A stretch of 64,000 bases of DNA from the human T2T-CHM13v2.0 reference genome, Homo sapiens. The notes under the pieces were generated by a model. That model worked only from the letters and a program-made list of their open reading frames with translations. It did not search any database and was not told the origin of the DNA. Position numbers and translations under genes: made by a program. Shown here one piece after another: positions 10,661 to 24,875 of the stretch. The stretch covers positions 29,856,001-29,920,000 of the forward strand of contig CP086569.2 in assembly GCA_009914755.4 (NCBI GenBank), written 5' to 3'. Position 1 is the first letter of the stretch. The number at the start of each line of letters is the position of its first letter.

Positions 10661-13600
10661 ACGGTCTCGAATGGAATAAAAATGTATGGAATGGAATGCA
10701 ATGAAACGGAATCGAATGTCATAGAATGTAATGGAATGCAAAAAAATGGAATCCAAAATCATTGACTGGAAAGGCTGGGTGTCGAAAGGAATTGACTCCA
10801 ATGGAATGGAATCGAATGGAATGGAAGTGAATAGAATCGAACTAAATCGAATGGAATGGAATTGATAGGAACGGAATGGAAAGGAATGCAATGATTTGGC
10901 ATGGAATGGAATCGAATGGCATCGAATGGAATGGAATGGAATGCAATGGAATGGAATGTATTAGAATGTAATGAACTTTAATGGAATGTACTCGAATGGA
11001 TTCGACTGGAATGGAATGTTCTGGAAGTGAATGGACTCCAATGGAATGGATTCAAAAGGAATGGAATCGTACGGAATGGAATCTAATGGAATGCAATTAA
11101 ATGGAAATGAATCAAATTGAATAGCACGGAATTGAATTGAATGGAATGGAATGCAATGGAATCTAATGAAACGGAAAGGAAAGGAATGGAATGGAATGGA
11201 ATGGGCTGGAATGGAAAGGAATCGAAACGAATGGAATGGAATCGAACTGAAGAGACTGGAATGGAATGCACTGGAATGGAAGGGAGTGTAATGGAAGGTT
11301 CTCGAAAAAAAAGGAATCGAATGGAATGGAATTGAATGGAACGGAATAGAGTCGAATGGAATTGAATGGAATGGAATGGACTAGAGTGAAATGGAATCGA
11401 ACCACAAGGAATGGACAGGAATAGAATGGTCTCGAATTGAATGGAATCGTATGGAATGGCATCAAACGGAATGGAATGGACAGCCACGGAATGGAATGCA
11501 CTCGAATGCAATGGAGTGGAAACTAATGGACTGGAATAGAATGGACTCGACTGGTACGGACTCCAATGGAATGGAATCGAATGGAAGGGAATCGAACGGA
11601 AGGGAATCGAACGGAATGGACTCGAAGGGAAAAGACTGCAATGGAAAGGTCTCGAATGGAATGGAAATTAATGGAATGGAATGGAATCGAATGAAATGGA
11701 GTCAAAAGGAATGGAATCGAATGGCAAGAAATCGAATGTAATGGAATCGCCAGGAATTGATGTGAACGGAACGGAATGGAATGGAATCCAAAGGAATGGA
11801 ATAGAATGGAATGGAATCGAATGGAAAGGACTCGAATGGAAATCACTCGAATAGAATGCAATTTAATAAAATAGGATCAAATGTAATGGAATGGAATGGA
11901 AAGGAATCGAAACGAAAGGAATGGAGACAGATGGAATGGAATGGAACAGAGAGCAATGGTATAGAATGGAATGGAATCATCTGGAATGGAATTGAATGGA
12001 ATGGAATAATATGAAATGGAATGGAATGGAATGGAATGGAATGCCCTTGAATTAAATGGACTGGAATGGAATGGACTCAAACAGAGTGGAATGGAAAGTG
12101 TGGAGATAGAATGGAATGAACTCCTTTGGAATGGTCTAGTAGGCAATGCAATCGACTGGCAGGGAATCAAAAGGAATGTAATCGAATGGATTGGACTGGA
12201 ATGCAATGGACTCGAATAGATTGGAAACGGAATGCAAAGAATGGAATGGAATAGTATGGAATGGAATGGAAAGGAATGGAGTGGAACAGACTAGAGTGGA
12301 ATGGAATGGACTGGAAAGCAATGGACTGGAATGGAACTTTCTTGAATGGACTGGAATCAAACGGAATGGAATGCAATGCAATCAAATGGCATGGAATAAA
12401 ATAGAATGAAAGAGAATCAAATGGAATTGAATCGAATGGAATCGAATGGATTGGAAAGGAATAGAATGGAATGGAATGGAATTGACTCAAATGTAATGGA
12501 CTAGAATGGAATGGATTCGAATGGAAGGCAAAGAAATGGAATCTATTGGAATGGACTGTAATGGAATGGAATGGAAGGGATTGGAATGGACTCGAATGGA
12601 ATGGACTGCAATAGAAAGGATTCGAATGGAATGAAAAAGAATTGAATGGAATAGAACAGAATGGAATCAAATCGAATGAAATGGAATGGAATAGAAAGGA
12701 ATGGAATGAAATGGAATGGAAAGGATTCGAATGGAATGCAATCGAATGGAATGGAATCGAACGGAATGGAATAAAATGGAAGAAAACTGGCAAGAAATGG
12801 AATCGAAATGAATGGAGTGTTATGGAACGGACTCAAAAGGAATTGAATGTAATAGAATGGAGTGGAGTGGACTCGAATATAATGGACTGGAATGGAATGA
12901 AATCACATGGAATGGGAACGAATGGAATGGAATGGAAAGGAATGGAATCGAATGGAAAGGAATCGAATGGAAGGGAATGAAATTGAATCAACAGGAATGG
13001 AAGGGAATAGAATAGACGGTAATGGAATGGACTCGAATAGAATGGACACGAATGCTCAAATTAAATGGACTCGAATGGAATGGAAACGAAAGGAATGTCA
13101 TCGAATGGAATTGAATCGATTGGAATGAAATCGCATAGAATGGAGTGGAATCAAATGGAATTGAATCGAAAGGAAAGGAAGCGAATGGACTGAAATGAAA
13201 TGGAATGGAATTGAATGGAAAGTAATGCAATGGAATAGAATGGAACGAAATTTCACGGAATGGAATCAAACTGAATGGAATCAAATCAATGGAATCAAAT
13301 CAAATGGAATGGAAAGGAATTGAATGGAGTAGATGGGATTGGATGGGATTGGAATGAAATGTACTGGAAAGGACTCGAATTTCATGAAACGGAATGGAAT
13401 GAATTGGAACGGAATGGACTCGAATGGAATGGAATGTCATGGGATGGCATCAAATGGAATGGCATCAAATGGAATGGAATCGAATGCAATGGAATGCTAT
13501 GGAATGGAATGGAATGCATTGGAATGGAATGTCCTCTAATGGAATGGATTCGAGTGGAATGGAATTGAATATAATGGAGTCGAATGAAATGGAATTGAAA

Positions 13601-14243
13601 GGAATGGGATCGAATACAATGGAATATACTGGAATGTAACGTAATGAACTCGAATGTAATTGACTGGAATGGAATGTACATGAATGGAATGTAATCGAAT
13701 GGAAAGTAATCCAATGGAATAGAATCTAATGCAATAAAATCGACTCAGATAGAGTAGAATGTAATGGAATGGAGTGCAGTGCAATGGAATGGAATGGAAT
13801 GGAATGCAATGGAATGGAATGGAATGGAATGGAATGGAATGGAATGGAATGGAATGGGATGGAATGGTATGGAATGGATAGTAATGGACTGGAGTGAAAT
13901 GGACTGGAAAGGAATGGACTCAAATTGAAAGGGCTCGAAAGGAATGGAGTCAAATGGAATGGTCTGGAATGGAATGAACACGAATGTAATGCAACCCAAT
14001 AGAATGGAATCGAATGGCATGGAATATAAAGAAATGGAATCGAAGAGAATGGAAACAAATGGAATGGAATTGAATGGAATGGAATTGAATGGAATGGGAA
14101 CGAATGGAGTGAAATTGTATGCAGTAGAAGGGAATAGAATGGAATGCAAGCGAAAGGAAAGGAATGGATTGGAATGGAATGGAATTCATTGGAATGGAAG
14201 GGAATGTAGTGTAATGGACAGGCCTGGAATAAAGTGGAATGCT
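10661..14243 (+). repeat. HOR copy 4 (3583 bp, the longest); has the 15-bp duplication, the 10-bp insertion, and the longest pure (GGAAT)n tract
   Basis: Anchor spacing. A (ggaat)x9 run lies at ~13811-13855. Confidence 0.9.
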
Positions 14244-17200
14244 ACGGTCTCGAATGGAATAAAAATGTATGGAATGGAATGCAATGAAACGGAATCGAAT
14301 GTCATAGAATGTAATGGAATGCAAAAAAATGGAATCCAAAATCATTGACTGGAAAGGCTGGGTGTCGAAAGGAATTGACTCCAATGGAATGGAATCGAAT
14401 GGAATGGAAGTGAATAGAATCGAACTAAATCGAATGGAATGGAATTGATAGGAACGGAATGGAAAGGAATGCAATGATTTGGCATGGAATGGAATCGAAT
14501 GGCATCGAATGGAATGGAATGGAATGCAATGGAATGGAATGTATTAGAATGTAATGAACTTTAATGGAATGTACTCGAATGGATTCGACTGGAATGGAAT
14601 GTTCTGGAAGTGAATGGACTCCAATGGAATGGATTCAAAAGGAATGGAATCGTACGGAATGGAATCTAATGGAATGGAATTAAATGGAAATGAATCAAAT
14701 TGAATAGCACGGAATTGAATTGAATGGAATGGAATGCAATGGAATCTAATGAAACGGAAAGGAAAGGAATGGAATGGAATGGAATGGGCTGGAATGGAAA
14801 GGAATCGAAACGAATGGAATGGAATCGAACTGAAGAGACTGGAATGGAATGCACTGGAATGGAAGGGAGTGTAATGGAAGGTTCTCGAAAAAAATGGAAT
14901 CGAATGGAATGGAATTGAATGGAACGGAATAGAGTCGAATGGAATTGAATGGAATGGAATGGACTAGAGTGAAATGGAATCGAACCACAAGGAATGGACA
15001 GGAATAGAATGGTCTCGAATTGAATGGAATCGTATGGAATGGCATCAAACGGAATGGAATGGACAGCCACGGAATGGAATGCACTCGAATGCAATGGAGT
15101 GGAAACTAATGGACTGGAATAGAATGGACTCGACTGGTACGGACTCCAATGGAATGGAATCGAATGGAAGGGAATCGAACGGAAGGGAATCGAACGGAAT
15201 GGACTCGAAGGGAAAAGACTGCAATGGAAAGGTCTCGAATGGAATGGAAATTAATGGAATGGAATGGAATCGAATGAAATGGAGTCAAAAGGAATGGAAT
15301 CGAATGGCAAGAAATCGAATGTAATGGAATCGCCAGGAATTGATGTGAACGGAACGGAATGGAATGGAATCCAAAGGAATGGAATAGAATGGAATGGAAT
15401 CGAATGGAAAGGACTCGAATGGAAATCACTCGAATAGAATGCAATTTAATAAAATAGGATCAAATGTAATGGAATGGAATGGAAAGGAATCGAAACGAAA
15501 GGAATGGAGACAGATGGAATGGAATGGAACAGAGAGCAATGGTATAGAATGGAATGGAATCATCTGGAATGGAATTGAATGGAATGGAATAATATGAAAT
15601 GGAATGGAATGGAATGGAATGGAATGCCCTTGAATTAAATGGACTGGACTCGAACAGAGTGGAATGGAAAGTGTTGAGATAGAATGGAATGGACTCCTTT
15701 GGAATGGTCTAGTATGCAATGCAATCGACTGGCAGGGAATCAAAAGGAATGTAATCGAATGGATTGGACTGGAATGCAATGGACTCGAATAGATTGGAAA
15801 CGGAATGCAAAGGAATGGAATGGAATAGTATGGAATGCAATGGAAGGGAATGGAGTGGAATAGACTAGAGTGGAATGGAATGGACTGGAAAGCAATGGAC
15901 TGGAATGGAACTTTCTTGGATGGACTGGAATCAAACGGAATGGAATGCAATGCAATCAAATGGCATGGAATAAAATAGAATGAAAGAGAATCAAATGGAA
16001 TTGAATCGAATGGAATCGAATGGATTGGAAAGGAATAGAATGGAATGGAATGGAATTGACTCAAATGGAATGGACTAGAATGGAATGGATTCGAATGGAA
16101 GGCAAAGGAATGGAATCTATTGGAATGGACTGTAATGGAATGGAATGGAAGGGATTGGAATGGACTCGAATGGAATGGACTGCAATAGAAAGGATTCGAA
16201 TGGAATGAAAAAGAATTGAATGGAATAGAACAGAATGGAATCAAATCGAATGAAATGGAATGGAATAGAAAGGAATGGAATGAAATGGAATGGAAAGGAT
16301 TCGAATGGAATGCAATCGAATGGAATGGAATCGAACGGAATGGAATAAAATGGAAGAAAACTGGCAAGAAATGGAATCGAAATGAATGGAGTGTTATGGA
16401 ACGGACTCAAAAGGAATTGAATGTAATAGAATGGAGTGGAGTGGACTCGAATATAATGGACTGGAATGGAATGAAATCACATGGAATGGGAACGAATGGA
16501 ATGGAATGGAAAGGAATGGAATCGAATGGAAAGGAATCGAATGGAAGGGAATGAAATTGAATCAACAGGAATGGGAGGGAATAGAATAGACTGTAATGGA
16601 ATGGACTCGAATAGAATGTACACGAATCCTCAAATTAAATGGACTCGAATGGAATGGAAACGAAAGGAATGTCATCGAATGGAATTGAATCGATTGGAAT
16701 GAAATCGCATAGAATGGAGTGGAATCAAATGGAATTGAATCGAAAGGAAAGGAAGCGAATGGACTGAAATGAAATGGAATGGAATTGAATGGAAAGTAAT
16801 GCAATGGAATAGAATGGAACGAAATTTCACGGAACGGAATCAAACTGAATTAAATCAAATCAATGGAATCAAATCAAATGGAATGGAAAGGAATTGAATG
16901 GAGTAGATGGGATTGGATGGGATTGGAATGAAATGTACTGGAAAGGACTCGAATTTCATGAAACGGAATGGAATGAATTGGAACGGAATGGACTCGAATG
17001 GAATGGAATGTCATGGAATGGCATCAAATGGAATGGCATCAAATGGAATGGAATCGAATGCAATGGAATGCTATGGAATGGAATGGAATGCATTGGAATG
17101 GAATGTCCTCTAATGGAATGGATTCGAGTGGAATGGAATTGAATATAATGGAGTCGAATGAAATGGAATTGAAAGGAATGGGATCGAATACAATGGAATA

Positions 17201-17797
17201 TATTGGAATGTAACGTAATGAACTCGAATGTAATTGACTGGAATGGAATGTACATGAATGGAATGTGATCGAATGGAAAGTAGTCCAATGGAATAGAATC
17301 TAATGCAATAAAATCGACTCAGATAGAGTAGAATGTAATGGAATGGAGTGCAGTGCAATGGAATGGAATGGAATGGAATGCAATGGAATGGAATGGAATG
17401 GAATGGAATGGGATGGAATGGTATGGAATGGATAGTAATGGACTGGAGTGAAATGGACTGGAAAGGAATGGACTCAAATTGAAAGGGCTCGAAAGGAATG
17501 GAGACAAATGGAATGGTCTGGAATGGAATGAACACGAATGTAATGCAATCCAATAGAATGGAGTCGAATGGCATGGAATATAAAGAAATGGAATCGAAGA
17601 GAATGGAAACAAATGGAATGGAATTGAATGGAATGGAATTGAATGGAATGGGAACGAATGGAGTGAAATTGTATGCAGTAGAAGAGAATAGAATGGAATG
17701 CAAGCGAAAGGAAAGGAATGGATTGGAATGGAATGGAATTCATTGGAATGGAAGGGAATGTAGTGTAATGGACAGGCCTGGAATAAAGTGGAATGCT
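14244..17797 (+). repeat. HOR copy 5 (3554 bp); a recombinant copy whose 5' part matches the 15-bp-duplication haplotype and whose 3' part matches the copies 6-8 haplotype
   Basis: Duplication at ~15166-15195. The 3' end carries the gagacaaatgg and gcaatccaatag variants at ~17498-17550, which are shared with copies 6-9. Confidence 0.85.
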
Positions 17798-20700
17798 ACG
17801 GTCTCGAATGGAATAAAAATGTATGGAATGGAATGCAATGAAACGGAATCGAATGTCATAGAATGTAATGGAATGCAAAAAAATGGAATCCAAAATCATT
17901 GACTGGAAAGGCTGGGTGTCGAAAGGAATTGACTCCAATGGAATGGAATCGAATGGAATGGAAGTGAATAGAATCGAACTAAATCGAATGGAATGGAATT
18001 GATAGGAACGGAATGGAAAGGAATGCAATGATTTGTCATGGAATGGAATCGAATGGCATCGAATGGAATGGAATGGAATGCAATGGAATGGAATGTATTA
18101 GAATGTAATGAACTTTAATGGAATGTACTCGAATGGATTCGACTGGAATGGAATGTTCTGGAAGTGAATGGACTCCAATGGAATGGATTCAAAAGGAATG
18201 GAATCGTACGGAATGGAATCTAATGGAATGGAATTAAATGGAAATGAATCAAATTGAATAGCACGGAATTGAATTGAATGGAATGGAATGCAATGGAATC
18301 TAATGAAACGGAAAGGAAAGGAATGGAATGGAATGGAATGGGCTGGAATGGAAAGGAATCGAAACGAATGGAATGGAATCGAACTGAAGAGACTGGAATG
18401 GAATGCACTGGAATGGAAGGGAGTGTAATGGAAGGTTCTCGAAAAAAATGGAATCGAATGGAATGGAATTGAATGGAACGGAATAGAGTCGAATGGAATT
18501 GAATGGAATGGAATGGACTAGAGTGAAATGGAATCGAACCACAAGGAATGGACAGGAATAGAATGGTCTCGAATTGAATGGAATCGTATGGAATGGCATC
18601 AAACGGAATGGAATGGACAGCCACGGAATGGAATGCACTCGAATGCAATGGAGTCGAAACTAATGGACTGGAATAGAATGGACTCGACTGGTACGGACTC
18701 CAATGGAATGGAATCGAATGGAAGGGAATCGAACGGAATGGACTCGAAGGGAAAAGACTGCAATGGAAAGGTCTCGAATGGAATGGAAATTAATGGAATG
18801 GAATGGAATCGAATGAAATGGAGTCAAAAGGAATGGAATCGATTGGCAAGAAATCGAATGTAATGGAATCGCAAGGAATTGATGTGAACGGAACGGAATG
18901 GAATGGAATCCAAAGGAATGGAATAGAATGGAATGGAATCGAATGGAAAGGACTCGAATGGAAATCACTCGAATAGAATGCAATTTAATAAAATAGGATC
19001 AAATGTAATGGAATGGAATGGAAAGGAATCGAAACGAAAGGAATGGAGACAGATGGAATGGAATGGAACAGAGAGCAATGGTATAGAATGGAATGGAATC
19101 ATCTGGAATGGAATTGAATGGAATGGAATAATATGAAATGGAATGGAATGGAATGGAATGGAATGCCCTTGAATTAAATGGACTGGACTCGAACAGAGTG
19201 GAATGGAAAGTGTTGAGATAGAATGGAATGGACTCCTTTGGAATGGTCTAGTATGCAATGCAATCGACTGGCAGGGAATCAAAAGGAATGTAATGGAATG
19301 GATTGGACTGGAATGCAATGGACTCGAATAGATTGGAAACGGAATGCAAAGGAATGGAATGGAATAGTATGGAATGGAATGGAAAGGAATGGAGTGGAAT
19401 AGACTAGAGTGGAATGGAATGGACTGGAAAGCAATGGACTGGAATGGAACATTCTTGAATGGACTGGAATCAAACGGAATGGAATGCAATGCAATCAAAT
19501 GTCATGGAATAAAATAGAATGAAAGAGAATCAAATGGAATTGAATCGAATGGAATCGAATGGATTGGAAAGGAATAGAATGGAATGGAATGGAATTGACT
19601 CAAATGGAATGGACTAGAATGGAATGGATTCGAATGGAAGGCAAAGGAATGGAATCTATTGGAATGGACTGTAATGGAATGGAATGGAAAGGATTGGAAT
19701 GGACTCGAATGGAATGGACTGCAATAGAAAGGATTCGAATGGAATGAAAAAGAATTGAATGGAATAGAACAGAATGGAATCAAATCGAATGAAATGGAAT
19801 GGAATAGAAAGGAATGGAATGAAATGGAATGGAAAGGATTCGAATGGAATGTAATCGAATGGAATGGAATCGAACGGAATGGAATAAAATGGAAGAAAAC
19901 TGGCAAGAAATGGAATCGAAATGAATGGAGTGTTATGGAACGGACTCAAAAGGAATTGAATGTAATAGAATGGAGTGGAGTGGACTCGAATATAATGGAC
20001 TGGAATGGAATGAAATCACATGGAATGGGAACGAATGGAATGGAATGGAAAGGAATGGAATCGAATGGAAAGGAATCGAATGGAAGGGAATGAAATTGAA
20101 TCAACAGGAATGGGAGGGAATAGAATAGACTGTAATGGAATGGACTCGAATAGAATGTACACGAATGCTCAAATTAAATGGACTCGAATGGAATGGAAAC
20201 GAAAGGAATGTCATCGAATGGAATTGAATCGATTGGAATGAAATCGCATAGAATGGAGTGGAATCAAATGGAATTGAATCGAAAGGAAAGGAAGCGAATG
20301 GACTGAAATGAAATGGAATGGAATTGAATGGAAAGTAATGCAATGGAATAGAATGGAACGAAATTTCACGGAATGGAATCAAACTGAATGGAATCAAATC
20401 AATGGAATCAAATCAAATGGAATGGAAAGGAATTGAATGGAGTAGATGGGATTGGATGGGATTGGAATGAAATGTACTGGAAAGGACTCGAATTTCATGA
20501 AACGGAATGGAATGAATTGGAACGGAATGGACTCGAATGGAATGGAATGTCATGGAATGGCATCAAATGGAATGGCATCAAATGGAATGGAATCGAATGC
20601 AATGGAATGCTATGGAATGGAATGGAATGCATTGGAATGGAATGTCCTCTAATGGAATGGATTCGAGTGGAATGGAATTGAATATAATGGAGTCGAATGA

Positions 20701-21336
20701 AATGGAATTGAAAGGAATGGGATCGAATACAATGGAATATATTGGAATGTAACGTAATGAACTCGAATGTAATTGACTGGAATGGAATGTACATGAATGG
20801 AATGTGATCAAATGGAAAGTAGTCCAATGGAATAGAATCTAATGCAATAAAATCGACTCAGATAGAGTAGAATGTAATGGAATGGAGTGCAGTGCAATGG
20901 AATGGAATGGAATGGAATGCAATGGAATGGAATGGAATGGAATGGAATGGGATAGAATGGTATGGAATGGATAGTAATGGACTGGAGTGAAATGGACTGG
21001 AAAGGAATGGACTCAAATTGAAAGGGCTCGAAAGGAATGGAGACAAATGGAATGGTCTGGAATGGAATGAACACGAATGTAATGCAATCCAATAGAATGG
21101 AGTCGAATGGCATGGAATATAAAGAAATGGAATCGAAGAGAATGGAAACAAATGGAATGGAATTGAATGGAATGGAATTGAATGGAATGGGAACGAATGG
21201 AGTGAAATTGTATGCAGTAGAAGAGAATAGAATGGAATGCAAGCGAAAGGAAAGGAATGGATTGGAATGGAATGGAATTCATTGGAATGGAAGGGAATGT
21301 AGTGTAATGGACAGGCCTGGAATAAAGTGGAATGCT
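17798..21336 (+). repeat. HOR copy 6 (3539 bp); first copy of the near-identical block 6-8
   Basis: No 15-bp duplication. HSE-B variant gaacattcttgaa at 19447-19459. gagacaaatgg variant present. Confidence 0.9.
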
Positions 21337-24300
21337 ACGGTCTCGAATGGAATAAAAATGTATGGAATGGAATGCAATGAAACGGAATCGAATGTCATAG
21401 AATGTAATGGAATGCAAAAAAATGGAATCCAAAATCATTGACTGGAAAGGCTGGGTGTCGAAAGGAATTGACTCCAATGGAATGGAATCGAATGGAATGG
21501 AAGTGAATAGAATCGAACTAAATCGAATGGAATGGAATTGATAGGAACGGAATGGAAAGGAATGCAATGATTTGTCATGGAATGGAATCGAATGGCATCG
21601 AATGGAATGGAATGGAATGCAATGGAATGGAATGTATTAGAATGTAATGAACTTTAATGGAATGTACTCGAATGGATTCGACTGGAATGGAATGTTCTGG
21701 AAGTGAATGGACTCCAATGGAATGGATTCAAAAGGAATGGAATCGTACGGAATGGAATCTAATGGAATGGAATTAAATGGAAATGAATCAAATTGAATAG
21801 CACGGAATTGAATTGAATGGAATGGAATGCAATGGAATCTAATGAAACGGAAAGGAAAGGAATGGAATGGAATGGAATGGGCTGGAATGGAAAGGAATCG
21901 AAACGAATGGAATGGAATCGAACTGAAGAGACTGGAATGGAATGCACTGGAATGGAAGGGAGTGTAATGGAAGGTTCTCGAAAAAAATGGAATCGAATGG
22001 AATGGAATTGAATGGAACGGAATAGAGTCGAATGGAATTGAATGGAATGGAATGGACTAGAGTGAAATGGAATCGAACCACAAGGAATGGACAGGAATAG
22101 AATGGTCTCGAATTGAATGGAATCGTATGGAATGGCATCAAACGGAATGGAATGGACAGCCACGGAATGGAATGCACTCGAATGCAATGGAGTCGAAACT
22201 AATGGACTGGAATAGAATGGACTCGACTGGTACGGACTCCAATGGAATGGAATCGAATGGAAGGGAATCGAACGGAATGGACTCGAAGGGAAAAGACTGC
22301 AATGGAAAGGTCTCGAATGGAATGGAAATTAATGGAATGGAATGGAATCGAATGAAATGGAGTCAAAAGGAATGGAATCGATTGGCAAGAAATCGAATGT
22401 AATGGAATCGCAAGGAATTGATGTGAACGGAACGGAATGGAATGGAATCCAAAGGAATGGAATAGAATGGAATGGAATCGAATGGAAAGGACTCGAATGG
22501 AAATCACTCGAATAGAATGCAATTTAATAAAATAGGATCAAATGTAATGGAATGGAATGGAGAGGAATCGAAACGAAAGGAATGGAGACAGATGGAATGG
22601 AATGGAACAGAGAGCAATGGTATAGAATGGAATGGAATCATCTGGAATGGAATTGAATGGAATGGAATAATATGAAATGGAATGGAATGGAATGGAATGG
22701 AATGCCCTTGAATTAAATGGACTGGACTCGAACAGAGTGGAATGGAAAGTGTTGAGATAGAATGGAATGGACTCCTTTGGAATGGTCTAGTATGCAATGC
22801 AATCGACTGGCAGGGAATCAAAAGGAATGTAATGGAATGGATTGGACTGGAATGCAATGGACTCGAATAGATTGGAAACGGAATGCAAAGGAATGGAATG
22901 GAATAGTATGGAATGGAATGGAAAGGAATGGAGTGGAATAGACTAGAGTGGAATGGAATGGACTGGAAAGCAATGGACTGGAATGGAACATTCTTGAATG
23001 GACTGGAATCAAACGGAATGGAATGCAATGCAATCAAATGGCATGGAATAAAATAGAATGAAAGAGAATCAAATGGAATTGAATCGAATGGAATCGAATG
23101 GATTGGAAAGGAATAGAATGGAATGGAATGGAATTGACTCAAATGGAATGGACTAGAATGGAATGGATTCGAATGGAAGGCAAAGGAATGGAATCTATTG
23201 GAATGGACTGTAATGGAATGGAATGGAAAGGATTGGAATGGACTCGAATGGAATGGACTGCAATAGAAAGGATTCGAATGGAATGAAAAAGAATTGAATG
23301 GAATAGAACAGAATGGAATCAAATCGAATGAAATGGAATGGAATAGAAAGGAATGGAATGAAATGGAATGGAAAGGATTCGAATGGAATGTAATCGAATG
23401 GAATGGAATCGAACGGAATGGAATAAAATGGAAGAAAACTGGCAAGAAATGGAATCGAAATGAATGGAGTGTTATGGAACGGACTCAAAAGGAATTGAAT
23501 GTAATAGAATGGAGTGGAGTGGACTCGAATATAATGGACTGGAATGGAATGAAATCACATGGAATGGGAACGAATGGAATGGAATGGAAAGGAATGGAAT
23601 CGAATGGAAAGGAATCGAATGGAAGGGAATGAAATTGAATCAACAGGAATGGGAGGGAATAGAATAGACTGTAATGGAATGGACTCGAATAGAATGTACA
23701 CGAATGCTCAAATTAAATGGACTCGAATGGAATGGAAACGAAAGGAATGTCATCGAATGGAATTGAATCGATTGGAATGAAATCGCATAGAATGGAGTGG
23801 AATCAAATGGAATTGAATCGAAAGGAAAGGAAGCGAATGGACTGAAATGAAATGGAATGGAATTGAATGGAAAGTAATGCAATGGAATAGAATGGAACGA
23901 AATTTCACGGAATGGAATCAAACTGAATTGAATCAAATCAATGGAATCAAATCAAATGGAATGGAAAGGAATTGAATGGAGTAGATTGGATTGGATGGGA
24001 TTGGAATGAAATGTACTGGAAAGGACTCGAATTTCATGAAACGGAATGGAATGAATTGGAACGGAATGGACTCGAATGGAATGGAATGTCATGGAATGGC
24101 ATCAAATGGAATGGCATCAAATGGAATGGAATCGAATGCAATGGAATGCTATGGAATGGAATGGAATGCATTGGAATGGAATGTCCTCTAATGGAATGGA
24201 TTCGAGTGGAATGGAATTGAATATAATGGAGTCGAATGAAATGGAATTGAAAGGAATGGGATCGAATACAATGGAATATATTGGAATGTAACGTAATGAA

Positions 24301-24875
24301 CTCGAATGTAATTGACTGGAATGGAATGTATATGAATGGAATGTGATCGAATGGAAAGTAGTCCAATGGAATAGAATCTAATGCAATAAAATCGACTCAG
24401 ATAGAGTAGAATGTAATGGAATGGAGTGCAGTGCAATGGAATGGAATGGAATGGAATGCAATGGAATGGAATGGAATGGAATGGAATGGGATGGAATGGT
24501 ATGGAATGGATAGTAATGGACTGGAGTGAAATGGACTGGAAAGGAATGGACTCAAATTGAAAGGGCTCGAAAGGAATGGAGACAAATGGAATGGTCTGGA
24601 ATGGAATGAACACGAATGTAATGCAATCCAATAGAATGGAGTCGAATGGCATGGAATATAAAGAAATGGAATCGAAGAGAATGGAAACAAATGGAATGGA
24701 ATTGAATGGAATGGAATTGAATGGAATGGGAACGAATGGAGTGAAATGATATGCAGTAGAAGAGAATAGAATGGAATGCAAGCGAAAGGAAAGGAATGGA
24801 TTGGAATGGAATGGAATTCATTGGAATGGAAGGGAATGTAGTGTAATGGACAGGCCTGGAATAAAGTGGAATGCT
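21337..24875 (+). repeat. HOR copy 7 (3539 bp), near-identical to copy 6
   Basis: Identical length to copy 6, and its ORF-track peptides match those of copy 6. Confidence 0.9.
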